Assembly: GCF_048403405.1 (NCBI RefSeq)
Contig: NZ_CP183129.1
Strand: one strand, 5' to 3'
Source: Escherichia coli
GTDB lineage: Bacteria > Pseudomonadota > Gammaproteobacteria > Enterobacterales > Enterobacteriaceae
Length of the DNA: 64,000 bases
The notes below the pieces were generated by a model. It was not told the DNA's origin and made no database searches. It saw only the letters and a list, made by a program, of their open reading frames with translations. Numbering within the stretch: the stretch's first letter is position 1; each line of letters opens with the position of its first letter. The translations under genes and the position numbers were made by a program. Shown in pieces: positions 54,532-64,000 of this stretch.

Positions 54532-55722
54532 TCACAGCACCTTATGCGGACCAAAGCATTCGTAATGAATGTTTTCCTGCTTCACGCCCAGATCCACTAA
54601 CTGTTTCGCGGCAAACTGCATGAAGCCAACCGGGCCGCAGAGATAGAACTGCATTGTCGGATCGCTGAACGCACCTTCCAGTTTGCTCAAATCCATCAGA
54701 CCTTCGCTATCAAACTGACCTTTAGAGCGATCGGCTTCGCTCGGCTGACGATACCAGGTGTGCGCGGTAAAGCGCGGCAGTGACAGCCCCAGTTCCTTAA
54801 CTTCATCAGCAAAGGCGTGAACATCGCCATTTTCTGCCGCATGGAACCAGTTCACTTGTGCTGTGTGGCCTGCTTTTGCCAGTGTGTCGAGCATTGCCAG
54901 CATTGGCGTTTGGCCGACACCAGCAGAGATTAACGTCACCGGCGTGTCATCTGCGACAGCCATAAAGAAATCACCTGCCGGAGCGACCAGTTTCACGACA
55001 TCGCCAACATTGGCGTGATTGTGCAGCCAGTTGGATACCTGCCCACCCTCTTCGCGTTTCACCGCAATACGATAGCCTTTGCCATCCGGTTTGCGAGTCA
55101 AAGAGTACTGACGAATTTCCTGATGCGGGAAACCTTCCGGCTTCAGCCAGACGCCGAGATATTGCCCTGGACGGTATTCTGCCACTGCGCCACCGTCGAC
55201 CGGCTCCAGTTCGAAGCTGGTGATAAGCGCGCTGCGCGGTGTTTTAGCCACAATGCGGAAATCGCGAGTACCTTCCCAGCCACCGGCTTTGCTGGCGTTT
55301 TCGTTATAGATTTCCGCCTCGCGATTGATAAATACATTAGCCAGTACGCCATAGGCTTTACCCCATGCGTCCAGCACTTCCTGGCCCGGGCTGAACATTT
55401 CGTCCAGCGTCGCCAACAGGTGTTCACCGACAATGTTGTACTGTTCCGGTTTGATCTGGAAACTGGTGTGCTTCTGCGCGATTTTTTCTACCGCTGGCAG
55501 CAGCGCAGGCAGGTTTTCAATATTACTGGCGTAGGCGGCAATGGCGTTAAACAGGGCTTCACGTTGATCGCCATTACGCTGGTTACTCATGTTAAAAATT
55601 TCTTTGAGTTCTGGGTTATGAGTAAACATACGGTCGTAGAAATGGGCGGTTAACTTTGGCCCTGTTTCCACCAGTAAAGGGATGGTGGCTTTTACTGTAG
55701 CGATGGTTTGAGCGTCAAGCAT
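54532..55722 (-). CDS. hmp: Flavohemoglobin (nitric oxide dioxygenase), 396 aa
   Basis: ORF 54532..55722 minus; globin N-terminus plus FAD/NAD reductase domain. Confidence 0.95.
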   Translation of the reverse strand: MLDAQTIATVKATIPLLVETGPKLTAHFYDRMFTHNPELKEIFNMSNQRNGDQREALFNAIAAYASNIENLPALLPAVEKIAQKHTSFQIKPEQYNIVGEHLLATLDEMFSPGQEVLDAWGKAYGVLANVFINREAEIYNENASKAGGWEGTRDFRIVAKTPRSALITSFELEPVDGGAVAEYRPGQYLGVWLKPEGFPHQEIRQYSLTRKPDGKGYRIAVKREEGGQVSNWLHNHANVGDVVKLVAPAGDFFMAVADDTPVTLISAGVGQTPMLAMLDTLAKAGHTAQVNWFHAAENGDVHAFADEVKELGLSLPRFTAHTWYRQPSEADRSKGQFDSEGLMDLSKLEGAFSDPTMQFYLCGPVGFMQFAAKQLVDLGVKQENIHYECFGPHKVL

Positions 55723-55749
55723 ATGGTCTTCCTTTTTTTTGCATCTTAA

Positions 55750-55772
55750 TTGATGTATCTCAAATACATCTT
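55750..55772. promoter_or_regulatory. Candidate NsrR operator in hmp promoter (TTGATGTATCTCAAATACATCTT; inverted repeat GATGTAT..ATACATC)
   Basis: Inverted repeat read directly about 30 bp upstream of the hmp start; NsrR repression of hmp is established. Confidence 0.6.
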
Positions 55773-56050
55773 ATAAAAAATAGCCCTGCAATGTAAATGG
55801 TTCTTTGGTGTTTTTCAGAAAGAATGTGATGAAGTGAAAAATTTGCATCACAAACCTGAAAAGAAATCCGTTTCCGGTTGCAAGCTCTTTATTCTCCAAA
55901 GCCTTGCGCAGCCTGAAGGTAATCGTTTGCGTAAATTCCTTTGTCAAGACCTGTTATCGCACAATGATTCGGTTATACTGTTCGCCGTTGTCCAACAGGA
56001 CCGCCTATAAAGGCCAAAAATTTTATTGTTAGCTGAGTCAGGAGATGCGG

Positions 56051-57304
56051 ATGTTAAAGCGTGAAATGAACATTGCCGATTATGATGCCGAACTGTGGCA
56101 GGCTATGGAGCAGGAAAAAGTACGTCAGGAAGAGCACATCGAACTGATCGCCTCCGAAAACTACACCAGCCCGCGCGTAATGCAGGCGCAGGGTTCTCAG
56201 CTGACCAACAAATATGCTGAAGGTTATCCGGGCAAACGCTACTACGGCGGTTGCGAGTATGTTGATATCGTTGAACAACTGGCGATCGATCGTGCGAAAG
56301 AACTGTTCGGCGCTGACTACGCTAACGTCCAGCCGCACTCCGGCTCCCAGGCTAACTTTGCGGTGTACACCGCGCTGCTGGAACCAGGCGATACCGTTCT
56401 GGGTATGAACCTGGCGCATGGCGGTCACCTGACTCACGGTTCTCCGGTTAACTTCTCCGGTAAACTGTATAACATCGTTCCTTACGGTATCGATGCTACC
56501 GGTCATATCGACTACGCCGATCTGGAAAAACAAGCCAAAGAACACAAACCGAAAATGATTATCGGTGGCTTCTCTGCATATTCCGGCGTGGTGGACTGGG
56601 CGAAAATGCGTGAAATCGCTGACAGCATCGGTGCTTACCTGTTCGTTGATATGGCGCACGTTGCGGGCCTGGTTGCTGCTGGCGTTTACCCGAACCCAGT
56701 TCCTCATGCTCACGTTGTTACTACCACCACTCACAAAACCCTGGCGGGTCCGCGCGGTGGCCTGATCCTGGCGAAAGGTGGTAGCGAAGAGCTGTACAAA
56801 AAACTGAACTCTGCCGTTTTCCCTGGTGGTCAGGGCGGTCCGTTGATGCACGTAATCGCCGGTAAAGCGGTTGCTCTGAAAGAAGCGATGGAGCCTGAGT
56901 TCAAAACTTACCAGCAGCAGGTCGCGAAAAACGCCAAAGCGATGGTAGAAGTGTTCCTGGAACGCGGCTACAAAGTGGTTTCTGGTGGTACTGATAACCA
57001 CCTGTTCCTGGTTGATCTGGTTGATAAAAACCTGACTGGTAAAGAAGCTGACGCCGCTCTGGGCCGTGCTAACATCACCGTTAACAAAAACAGCGTACCG
57101 AACGATCCGAAGAGCCCGTTTGTGACCTCCGGTATTCGCGTGGGTACTCCGGCGATTACCCGTCGTAGCTTTAAAGAAGCCGAAGCGAAAGAACTGGCTG
57201 GCTGGATGTGTGACGTGCTGGACAGCATCAATGATGAAGCGGTTATTGAGCGCATCAAAGGTAAAGTTCTCGACATCTGTGCACGTTACCCGGTTTACGC
57301 ATAA
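56051..57304 (+). CDS. glyA: Serine hydroxymethyltransferase, 417 aa
   Basis: ORF track 56045..57304; ATG at 56051 ([12 protein letters not shown]); PLP-lysine motif TTTTHKTL. Confidence 0.96.
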   Translation: MLKREMNIADYDAELWQAMEQEKVRQEEHIELIASENYTSPRVMQAQGSQLTNKYAEGYPGKRYYGGCEYVDIVEQLAIDRAKELFGADYANVQPHSGSQANFAVYTALLEPGDTVLGMNLAHGGHLTHGSPVNFSGKLYNIVPYGIDATGHIDYADLEKQAKEHKPKMIIGGFSAYSGVVDWAKMREIADSIGAYLFVDMAHVAGLVAAGVYPNPVPHAHVVTTTTHKTLAGPRGGLILAKGGSEELYKKLNSAVFPGGQGGPLMHVIAGKAVALKEAMEPEFKTYQQQVAKNAKAMVEVFLERGYKVVSGGTDNHLFLVDLVDKNLTGKEADAALGRANITVNKNSVPNDPKSPFVTSGIRVGTPAITRRSFKEAEAKELAGWMCDVLDSINDEAVIERIKGKVLDICARYPVYA

Positions 57305-57324
57305 GCGAAACGGTTAATCTGTTG

Positions 57325-57353
57325 AAAAAAGGCTTCCTTCGGGAAGCCTTTCT
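57325..57353. terminator. Bidirectional terminator between glyA and yphH (AAAAAAGGCTTCC-TTCG-GGAAGCCTTTCT)
   Basis: Inverted repeat flanked by A-run and T-run. Confidence 0.75.
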
Positions 57354-57367
57354 ACGTTATCGCGCCA

Positions 57368-58561
57368 TCAAATCTGTCGTAACTGCGCCTCAACATACAA
57401 ATAGCCAATCCCCAGCACCTGTTGTGCGCGGCTTAATTGCCCAAAGCCAATTTTCGTCTCTTTCACGCTCGGTCCTTCGTCGCGGTCGAACGGGTTAAAT
57501 CCCGTCTGGCGAATAATGGTATTAAGCCAGTGCTCACCAAAGGCACAACTGCGACCGTACAACCAAATCTGATTAATATTGAGGATGTTGAGGAAGTTAT
57601 ACAGACTCAAACCAATGGCATTGGCAGAGCGATCAACCCAGCTGGTGATCCACGGTTCTCCACTCTGCCAGGCAGCGATTAACTGCGCTGTTGTCAGTTT
57701 TTCAGGATCAAGCTGAGTATTAACCGGTTGTGATTTTAGCCATACCCGCGCCTGTTTTTTTAATGCGCTTAACGAGGCGACGGTTTCCAGGCAACCATAA
57801 CGTCCGCAGTCGCAGACGACGCCATCCGGATTAACGATGGTGTGACCAATCTGTCCGCTACCATACAAACAGCCGCGATAAATTTGCTCGTTAATCACGA
57901 ACGACGAGCCAATGCCGTAATCAACGTTGATCACGCAGAAATCCCGTTCCTGCGAATTATTTTGCCATTTCTCCGCCAGCGCCAGCATCACGCAGTCATT
58001 ATCGACCATCACCCGAATGCCGAGCTTCTCTTCCAGCAGATACTTTACCTCAACCGGCGTTGTCCACGGCGCTTGCGGCATGGTTTGCGACACGCCGGTC
58101 ACCGGATCAACCTGACCGTGGATTGCCAGCGCCAGGTTGATGGTACGGTCCGGCCACAATTTACGGTGGCGATGCCAGCATTTTTCGATTTCGGACAGCA
58201 GCGCCTGCGGCGTCGGTGCATCAATCTGTAAATACTCAAATTCACCTTTCGGACTTAAACAGGCGTTAGCGACCTGACACTCAATACTGGTGGGCGTCAC
58301 GTTCAGGCACAGCGTCCAGTCACCTTCCGGCGCAATCAGCCATGTACCGCTACTATGCCCGCGCGTCTGGCTTTCATCGTCGATATTCACCACCCGTTTT
58401 TCGCTTTCCAGTTCCTGCAAAATATTACTGACCGCCGGAATCGAAATTTGCGCCAGCCGGGCCAGGGTTGATTTATTGGCGCGCTTTTGCCGGTACAGCA
58501 GTTCCAGAATCACGCATTTGTTATGGTGGCGAATCTGTTGATTATTAATGCAGGCTCTCAT
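57368..58561 (-). CDS. yphH: ROK/NagC-family transcriptional regulator, 397 aa
   Basis: ORF track 57368..58567 minus; start moved to the internal Met (MRACINNQQIRHHNKCV); N-terminal HTH plus ROK sugar-kinase-like domain. Confidence 0.85.
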   Translation of the reverse strand: MRACINNQQIRHHNKCVILELLYRQKRANKSTLARLAQISIPAVSNILQELESEKRVVNIDDESQTRGHSSGTWLIAPEGDWTLCLNVTPTSIECQVANACLSPKGEFEYLQIDAPTPQALLSEIEKCWHRHRKLWPDRTINLALAIHGQVDPVTGVSQTMPQAPWTTPVEVKYLLEEKLGIRVMVDNDCVMLALAEKWQNNSQERDFCVINVDYGIGSSFVINEQIYRGCLYGSGQIGHTIVNPDGVVCDCGRYGCLETVASLSALKKQARVWLKSQPVNTQLDPEKLTTAQLIAAWQSGEPWITSWVDRSANAIGLSLYNFLNILNINQIWLYGRSCAFGEHWLNTIIRQTGFNPFDRDEGPSVKETKIGFGQLSRAQQVLGIGYLYVEAQLRQI

Positions 58562-58678
58562 CTTCACTAAACCTTGTTTAGTTAATTGCGTGATTATTCC
58601 GCGAAAACATTGCCAGATTGTTCAATACACTGCCACAAATCTTTTAATTCAGTATGTCTTGTTAATATTGAGGGCACC

Positions 58679-61600
58679 ATGACTCCAGTAAAAGTGTGGC
58701 AAGAGCGCGTTGAGATCCCGACCTATGAAACCGGGCCGCAGGATATACATCCCATGTTCCTGGAAAATCGCGTTTATCAGGGATCGTCCGGCGCGGTTTA
58801 TCCCTACGGCGTGACCGATACGCTGAGCGAGCAGAAAACCCTGAAATCCTGGCAGGCGGTGTGGCTGGAAAACGACTACATCAAAGTGATGATCCTGCCG
58901 GAACTGGGCGGTCGGGTGCATCGCGCGTGGGATAAAGTGAAACAGCGCGATTTTGTCTATCACAATGAAGTCATTAAACCGGCGCTGGTGGGGCTGCTGG
59001 GACCGTGGATCTCCGGCGGGATTGAGTTTAACTGGCCGCAACACCATCGCCCGACCACCTTTATGCCCGTTGATTTCACCCTCGAAGCCCATGAAGACGG
59101 CGCACAGACGGTGTGGGTAGGCGAAACGGAGCCGATGCATGGTTTACAGGTGATGACAGGTTTCACCCTGCGTCCTGACCGGGCGGCGCTGGAAATCGCC
59201 AGCCGCGTCTATAACGGCAACGCCACGCCGCGTCATTTCTTGTGGTGGGCCAACCCGGCAGTGAAAGGGGGTGAAGGGCATCAGAGCGTTTTCCCACCGG
59301 ATGTGACTGCGGTGTTTGATCACGGCAAACGGGCCGTCTCTGCTTTCCCCATCGCCACCGGCACTTACTACAAAGTGGACTACTCCGCTGGAGTGGACAT
59401 TTCTCGCTATAAAAATGTGCCTGTTCCAACCTCATATATGGCTGAAAAATCACAGTACGATTTTGTTGGCGCGTGGTGTCACGATGAAGATGGCGGTTTG
59501 CTGCACGTTGCCAACCACCATATTGCGCCAGGTAAAAAACAGTGGAGTTGGGGACACAGTGAATTTGGCCAGGCGTGGGATAAGAGTCTGACCGACAATA
59601 ACGGCCCGTATATCGAACTGATGACCGGTATTTTTGCCGATAACCAGCCTGATTTTACCTGGCTTGATGCGTACGAAGAGAAGCGTTTCGAGCAGTATTT
59701 CCTGCCTTATCATTCTCTGGGCATGGTGCAAAATGCCTCCCGCGATGCGGTGATAAAACTCCAGCGTAGTGAGCGGGGGATTGAGTGGGGGCTGTATGCC
59801 ATCTCTCCGTTGAAAGGATACCGTCTGGCGATCCGCGAAATCGGCAAATGCAACGCGTTACTCGATGATGCCGTGGCCCTGACACCAGCGACCGCCATCC
59901 AGGGCGTGTTGCACGGTATCAATCCTGACAGACTGACCATTGAACTCTCCGATGCCGACGGCAATATTGTACTGAGTTATCAGGAACATCAGCCGCAAGA
60001 GTTGCCGTTGCCGGACGTCGCCAAAGCGCCACTGGCAGCACAAGACATTACCAGTACAGATGAAGCCTGGTTTATCGGTCAGCATCTGGAGCAATATCAT
60101 CACGCCAGCCGTTCACCGTTCGATTACTACCTGCGCGGCGTGGCGCTGGATCCGCTGGATTATCGCTGTAACCTGGCGCTGGCGATGCTGGAATATAACC
60201 GCGCCGATTTCCCGCAAGCGGTGGCGTATGCCACTCAGGCGCTGAAACGCGCACATGCGCTGAACAAAAATCCGCAGTGCGGACAGGCGAGTTTGATTCG
60301 CGCCAGTGCTTACGAACGTCAGGGACAATATCAACAAGCCGAAGAGGATTTCTGGCGTGCGGTCTGGAGCGGCAACAGTAAAGCCGGAGGCTATTATGGT
60401 CTGGCACGACTGGCGGCGCGTAATGGTAACTTCGACGCGGGTCTGGATTTTTGCCAACAAAGTCTTCGCGCCTGCCCAACCAATCAGGAAGTGCTTTGCC
60501 TGCATAATCTGCTGCTGGTGTTAAGTGGTCGTCAGGACAACGCGCGTTTGCAGCGCGAGAAACTGCTGCGCGATTATCCGCTGAACGCCACTCTGTGGTG
60601 GCTGAACTGGTTCGATGGTCGTAGCGAATCAGCTCTCGCGCAGTGGCGCGGTCTGTGTCAGGGACGCGACGTTAACGCCCTGATGACCGCCGGGCAACTG
60701 ATTAACTGGGGAATGCCCACCCTGGCGGCAGAGATGCTGAACGCACTGGACTGCCAGCGCACGCTGCCGCTTTACCTGCAAGCCAGCTTGCTGCCGAAAG
60801 CCGAACGTGGCGAACTGGTCGCAAAAGCCATTGATGTCTTCCCGCAGTTTGTCCGTTTCCCGAATACGCTGGAAGAAGTGGCGGCGCTGGAGAGTATTGA
60901 AGAGTGCTGGTTTGCCCGTCATTTATTGGCCTGCTTCTACTACAACAAGCGTAGCTACGGCAAAGCCATTGCCTTATGGCAACGTTGCGTAGAGATGTCG
61001 CCGGAGTTTGCCGACGGCTGGCGCGGGTTAGCGATCCATGCGTGGAATAAGCAACACGATTATGAGCTGGCCGCGCGTTATCTTGATAATGCTTATCAGC
61101 TTGCGCCGCAGGATGCACGTCTGCTTTTCGAACGGGATTTGCTGGATAAGTTAAGTGGAGCCACACCGGAGAAACGACTGGCGCGTCTGGAAAATAATCT
61201 GGAAATTGCGCTGAAACGCGACGACATGACCGCAGAACTGCTCAATTTGTGGCATCTCACGGGTCAGGCAGACAAAGCGGCGGACATTCTCGCCACGCGC
61301 AAATTCCACCCGTGGGAAGGCGGGGAAGGGAAGATCACCAGTCAGTTTATCCTCAACCAGTTATTACGCGCCTGGCAGCATCTTGATGCCAGAGAGCCGC
61401 AGCAGGCCAGCGAACTGCTTCATGCCGCGCTGCATTATCCGGAGAATTTAAGCGAAGGCCGTTTACCGGGGCAAACTGATAACGACATCTGGTTCTGGCA
61501 GGCGATATGCGCCAACGCGCAGGGCGATGAAACTGAAGCGACGCGTTGTTTACGTCTGGCGGCGACTGGCGATCGCACCATTAACATTCACAGTTATTAC

Positions 61601-61960
61601 AACGATCAGCCGGTTGATTATCTCTTCTGGCAAGGAATGGCGCTGCGACTGCTGGGTGAACAGCAAACCGCACAGCAACTGTTTAGTGAAATGAAACAGT
61701 GGGCGCAAGAGATGGCGAAAACCAGTATTGAGGCGGATTTCTTTGCTGTTTCACAACCTGACCTGTTATCGCTGTATGGCGATTTACAACAGCAGCATAA
61801 AGAAAAATGCCTGATGGTGGCGATGCTGGCGTCCGCGGGACTCGGGGAGGTTGCGCACTATGAATCTGCTCGCGCTGAATTGACGGCGATTAATCCGGCC
61901 TGGCCGAAAGCGGCATTATTCACCACTGTGATGCCTTTTATTTTTAACCGCGTTCACTAA
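58679..61960 (+). CDS. yphG: Large uncharacterised protein YphG (N-terminal domain of unknown function plus TPR-like C-terminal repeats), about 1093 aa
   Basis: ORF track 58586..61960; start moved to ATG 58679 (MTPVKVWQERVEIPTY); translation. Confidence 0.85.
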   Translation: MTPVKVWQERVEIPTYETGPQDIHPMFLENRVYQGSSGAVYPYGVTDTLSEQKTLKSWQAVWLENDYIKVMILPELGGRVHRAWDKVKQRDFVYHNEVIKPALVGLLGPWISGGIEFNWPQHHRPTTFMPVDFTLEAHEDGAQTVWVGETEPMHGLQVMTGFTLRPDRAALEIASRVYNGNATPRHFLWWANPAVKGGEGHQSVFPPDVTAVFDHGKRAVSAFPIATGTYYKVDYSAGVDISRYKNVPVPTSYMAEKSQYDFVGAWCHDEDGGLLHVANHHIAPGKKQWSWGHSEFGQAWDKSLTDNNGPYIELMTGIFADNQPDFTWLDAYEEKRFEQYFLPYHSLGMVQNASRDAVIKLQRSERGIEWGLYAISPLKGYRLAIREIGKCNALLDDAVALTPATAIQGVLHGINPDRLTIELSDADGNIVLSYQEHQPQELPLPDVAKAPLAAQDITSTDEAWFIGQHLEQYHHASRSPFDYYLRGVALDPLDYRCNLALAMLEYNRADFPQAVAYATQALKRAHALNKNPQCGQASLIRASAYERQGQYQQAEEDFWRAVWSGNSKAGGYYGLARLAARNGNFDAGLDFCQQSLRACPTNQEVLCLHNLLLVLSGRQDNARLQREKLLRDYPLNATLWWLNWFDGRSESALAQWRGLCQGRDVNALMTAGQLINWGMPTLAAEMLNALDCQRTLPLYLQASLLPKAERGELVAKAIDVFPQFVRFPNTLEEVAALESIEECWFARHLLACFYYNKRSYGKAIALWQRCVEMSPEFADGWRGLAIHAWNKQHDYELAARYLDNAYQLAPQDARLLFERDLLDKLSGATPEKRLARLENNLEIALKRDDMTAELLNLWHLTGQADKAADILATRKFHPWEGGEGKITSQFILNQLLRAWQHLDAREPQQASELLHAALHYPENLSEGRLPGQTDNDIWFWQAICANAQGDETEATRCLRLAATGDRTINIHSYYNDQPVDYLFWQGMALRLLGEQQTAQQLFSEMKQWAQEMAKTSIEADFFAVSQPDLLSLYGDLQQQHKEKCLMVAMLASAGLGEVAHYESARAELTAINPAWPKAALFTTVMPFIFNRVH

Positions 61961-62056
61961 ACCCTATTAACTGTAATATTTGAGCGGCACGCGCTGCCGC
62001 TCATCACAAAATAATTAGAATAAGCCGTTGTAAATAAAAACCCTACAGGAGGCACT

Positions 62057-63040
62057 ATGCCTAAAAAAATGAGAACAACCCGTAATCTATTATTAATGGC
62101 TACGCTATTAGGTAGCGCTCTATTTGCCAGGGCAGCGGATAAAGAAATGACCATTGGTGCAATATACCTTGATACCCAGGGATATTACGCTGGCGTGCGT
62201 CAGGGCGTTCAGGATGCGGCAAAAGATTCTTCAGTACAGGTACAGTTAATTGAAACTAACGCCCAGGGCGATATTTCGAAAGAAAGTACTTTTGTAGATA
62301 CCCTCGTGGCGCGTAATGTCGATGCCATTATTTTATCGGCAGTATCTGAAAATGGCAGTAGCCGTACCGTTCGTCGCGCCAGTGAAGCGGGTATTCCGGT
62401 GATTTGCTACAACACCTGTATTAATCAAAAGGGTGTCGATAAATATGTCTCGGCATATCTGGTTGGTGACCCGCTGGAATTTGGTAAAAAACTGGGTAAC
62501 GCTGCCGCCGATTATTTTATTGCCAACAAAATTGACCAGCCGAAAATTGCCGTCATCAATTGCGAAGCCTTTGAAGTTTGTGTGCAACGACGTAAAGGGT
62601 TTGAAGAAGTATTAAAAGCCCGCGTTCCCGGCGCGCAAATTGTCGCTAATCAGGAAGGGACTGTTTTAGATAAAGCGATTTCCGTTGGTGAAAAACTAAT
62701 TATCTCCACGTCGGATCTCAACGCCATTATGGGGGAATCGGGCGGTGCGACACTCGGCGCGGTAAAAGCGGTACGTAATCAAAATCAGGCCGGAAAAATT
62801 GCTGTTTTCGGTTCGGATATGACCACTGAAATTGCTCAGGAGCTGGAAAACAATCAGGTGCTGAAAGCGGTGGTGGATATTTCCGGTAAGAAAATGGGCA
62901 ATGCTGTTTTCGCGCAAACTTTGAAGGTTATCAATAAACAAGCCGACGGTGAAAAAGTGATTCAGGTGCCAATCGATCTCTATACCAAAACGGAAGACGG
63001 TAAACAGTGGCTGGCAACGCACGTTGATGGTCTGCCCTAA
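62057..63040 (+). CDS. yphF: ABC transporter periplasmic sugar-binding protein (LacI/RbsB-type fold), 327 aa
   Basis: ORF 62057..63040; signal peptide MPKKMRTTRNLLLMATLLGSALFARA. Confidence 0.88.
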   Translation: MPKKMRTTRNLLLMATLLGSALFARAADKEMTIGAIYLDTQGYYAGVRQGVQDAAKDSSVQVQLIETNAQGDISKESTFVDTLVARNVDAIILSAVSENGSSRTVRRASEAGIPVICYNTCINQKGVDKYVSAYLVGDPLEFGKKLGNAAADYFIANKIDQPKIAVINCEAFEVCVQRRKGFEEVLKARVPGAQIVANQEGTVLDKAISVGEKLIISTSDLNAIMGESGGATLGAVKAVRNQNQAGKIAVFGSDMTTEIAQELENNQVLKAVVDISGKKMGNAVFAQTLKVINKQADGEKVIQVPIDLYTKTEDGKQWLATHVDGLP

Positions 63041-63062
63041 TCGCTGATTCGCAGAGGTCCCT

Positions 63063-64000
63063 ATGTTCACGGCAACAGAGGCAGTCCCGGTAGCAAAAGT
63101 GGTGGCAGGAAATAAGCGTTATCCCGGCGTCGTTGCGTTGGATAACGTTAACTTCACGCTCAATAAAGGCGAAGTTCGTGCGCTGTTAGGCAAAAACGGC
63201 GCGGGCAAATCGACCCTCATTCGAATGCTTACCGGCAGTGAACGTCCGGATAGCGGTGATATCTGGATTGGCGAGACGCGACTGGAAGGTGACGAAGCTA
63301 CGTTGACTCGCCGTGCCGCTGAACTGGGGGTTCGTGCGGTTTATCAGGAGTTAAGTCTGGTGGAGGGACTGACGGTGGCGGAAAACCTCTGCCTCGGTCA
63401 GTGGCCCCGCCGCAACGGCATGATTGATTACCTGCAAATGGCGCAGGATGCCCAACGTTGCTTACAGGCGCTGGGCGTTGACGTTAGCCCTGAACAACTT
63501 GTTTCAACGCTAAGCCCGGCACAAAAGCAACTGGTGGAAATTGCGCGGGTGATGAAGGGCGAGCCGCGCGTGGTCATTCTTGATGAACCTACCAGTTCGC
63601 TTGCCAGTGCGGAAGTTGAACTGGTGATCAGTGCGGTTAAAAAGATGTCGGCACTGGGCGTGGCGGTGATTTATGTCAGCCACCGGATGGAAGAAATCCG
63701 CCGCATTGCCTCCTGTGCCACCGTTATGCGCGATGGTCAGGTGGCGGGCGATGTGATGCTCGAAAACACCTCCACGCATCATATTGTGTCGCTAATGCTC
63801 GGGCGCGATCACGTTGATATTGCGCCGGTTGCCCCTCAGGAAATTGTCGATCAGGCTGTGCTGGTAGTCCGTGCGTTACGCCATAAGCCCAAGCTGGAGG
63901 ATATCAGCTTTACGCTACGTCGTGGCGAAGTACTCGGCATTGCTGGCCTGCTGGGGGCAGGGCGCAGTGAATTGCTGAAGGCGATTGTTGGGCTGGAGAC
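63063..64000 (+). CDS. yphE: ABC transporter ATP-binding protein (sugar importer type), N-terminal part; continues beyond window end
   Basis: ATG 63063 (MFTATEAVPVAKVV); Walker A GKNGAGKST; frame open to the window edge, so absent from the ORF track. Confidence 0.85.
   Translation, partial: MFTATEAVPVAKVVAGNKRYPGVVALDNVNFTLNKGEVRALLGKNGAGKSTLIRMLTGSERPDSGDIWIGETRLEGDEATLTRRAAELGVRAVYQELSLVEGLTVAENLCLGQWPRRNGMIDYLQMAQDAQRCLQALGVDVSPEQLVSTLSPAQKQLVEIARVMKGEPRVVILDEPTSSLASAEVELVISAVKKMSALGVAVIYVSHRMEEIRRIASCATVMRDGQVAGDVMLENTSTHHIVSLMLGRDHVDIAPVAPQEIVDQAVLVVRALRHKPKLEDISFTLRRGEVLGIAGLLGAGRSELLKAIVGLE

Noticed and set aside
56054-57001. 315-aa ORF antisense to glyA
   Set aside because: Shadow ORF inside glyA; no independent coding support

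Overview
This window reads as a contiguous stretch of Escherichia coli-type core chromosome (aroF 3' end through yphE), colinear with the K-12 aroF-tyrA...glyA-yph region in inverted orientation. I recognise about 56 protein genes, one complete rRNA operon (16S, tRNA-Glu, 23S, 5S; rrnG by context), the sRNA glmY and the small toxin gene shoB. Identifications rest on reading the supplied translations and rRNA/tRNA sequence against remembered E. coli proteins; no database search was run, and several start codons were moved from the ORF-track start (which appears to include GTG/TTG starts) to the remembered start. The only clearly accessory DNA is a 1432-bp IS3-family insertion sequence (IS1397-like) sitting inside a REP/PU palindrome between the 5S terminator and kgtP, with a 4-bp TGGC target duplication. 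I do not see a CRISPR array, prophage, integron, or any multi-gene cluster that is absent from the reference-type gene order, so I find no support for a novel undescribed system here. The items most worth a second look are the IS-into-REP insertion, the shoB type I toxin locus that the ORF track misses, the glmY sigma-54/GlrR enhancer architecture, and the poorly characterised yphH-yphG-yphFE cluster at the right edge.
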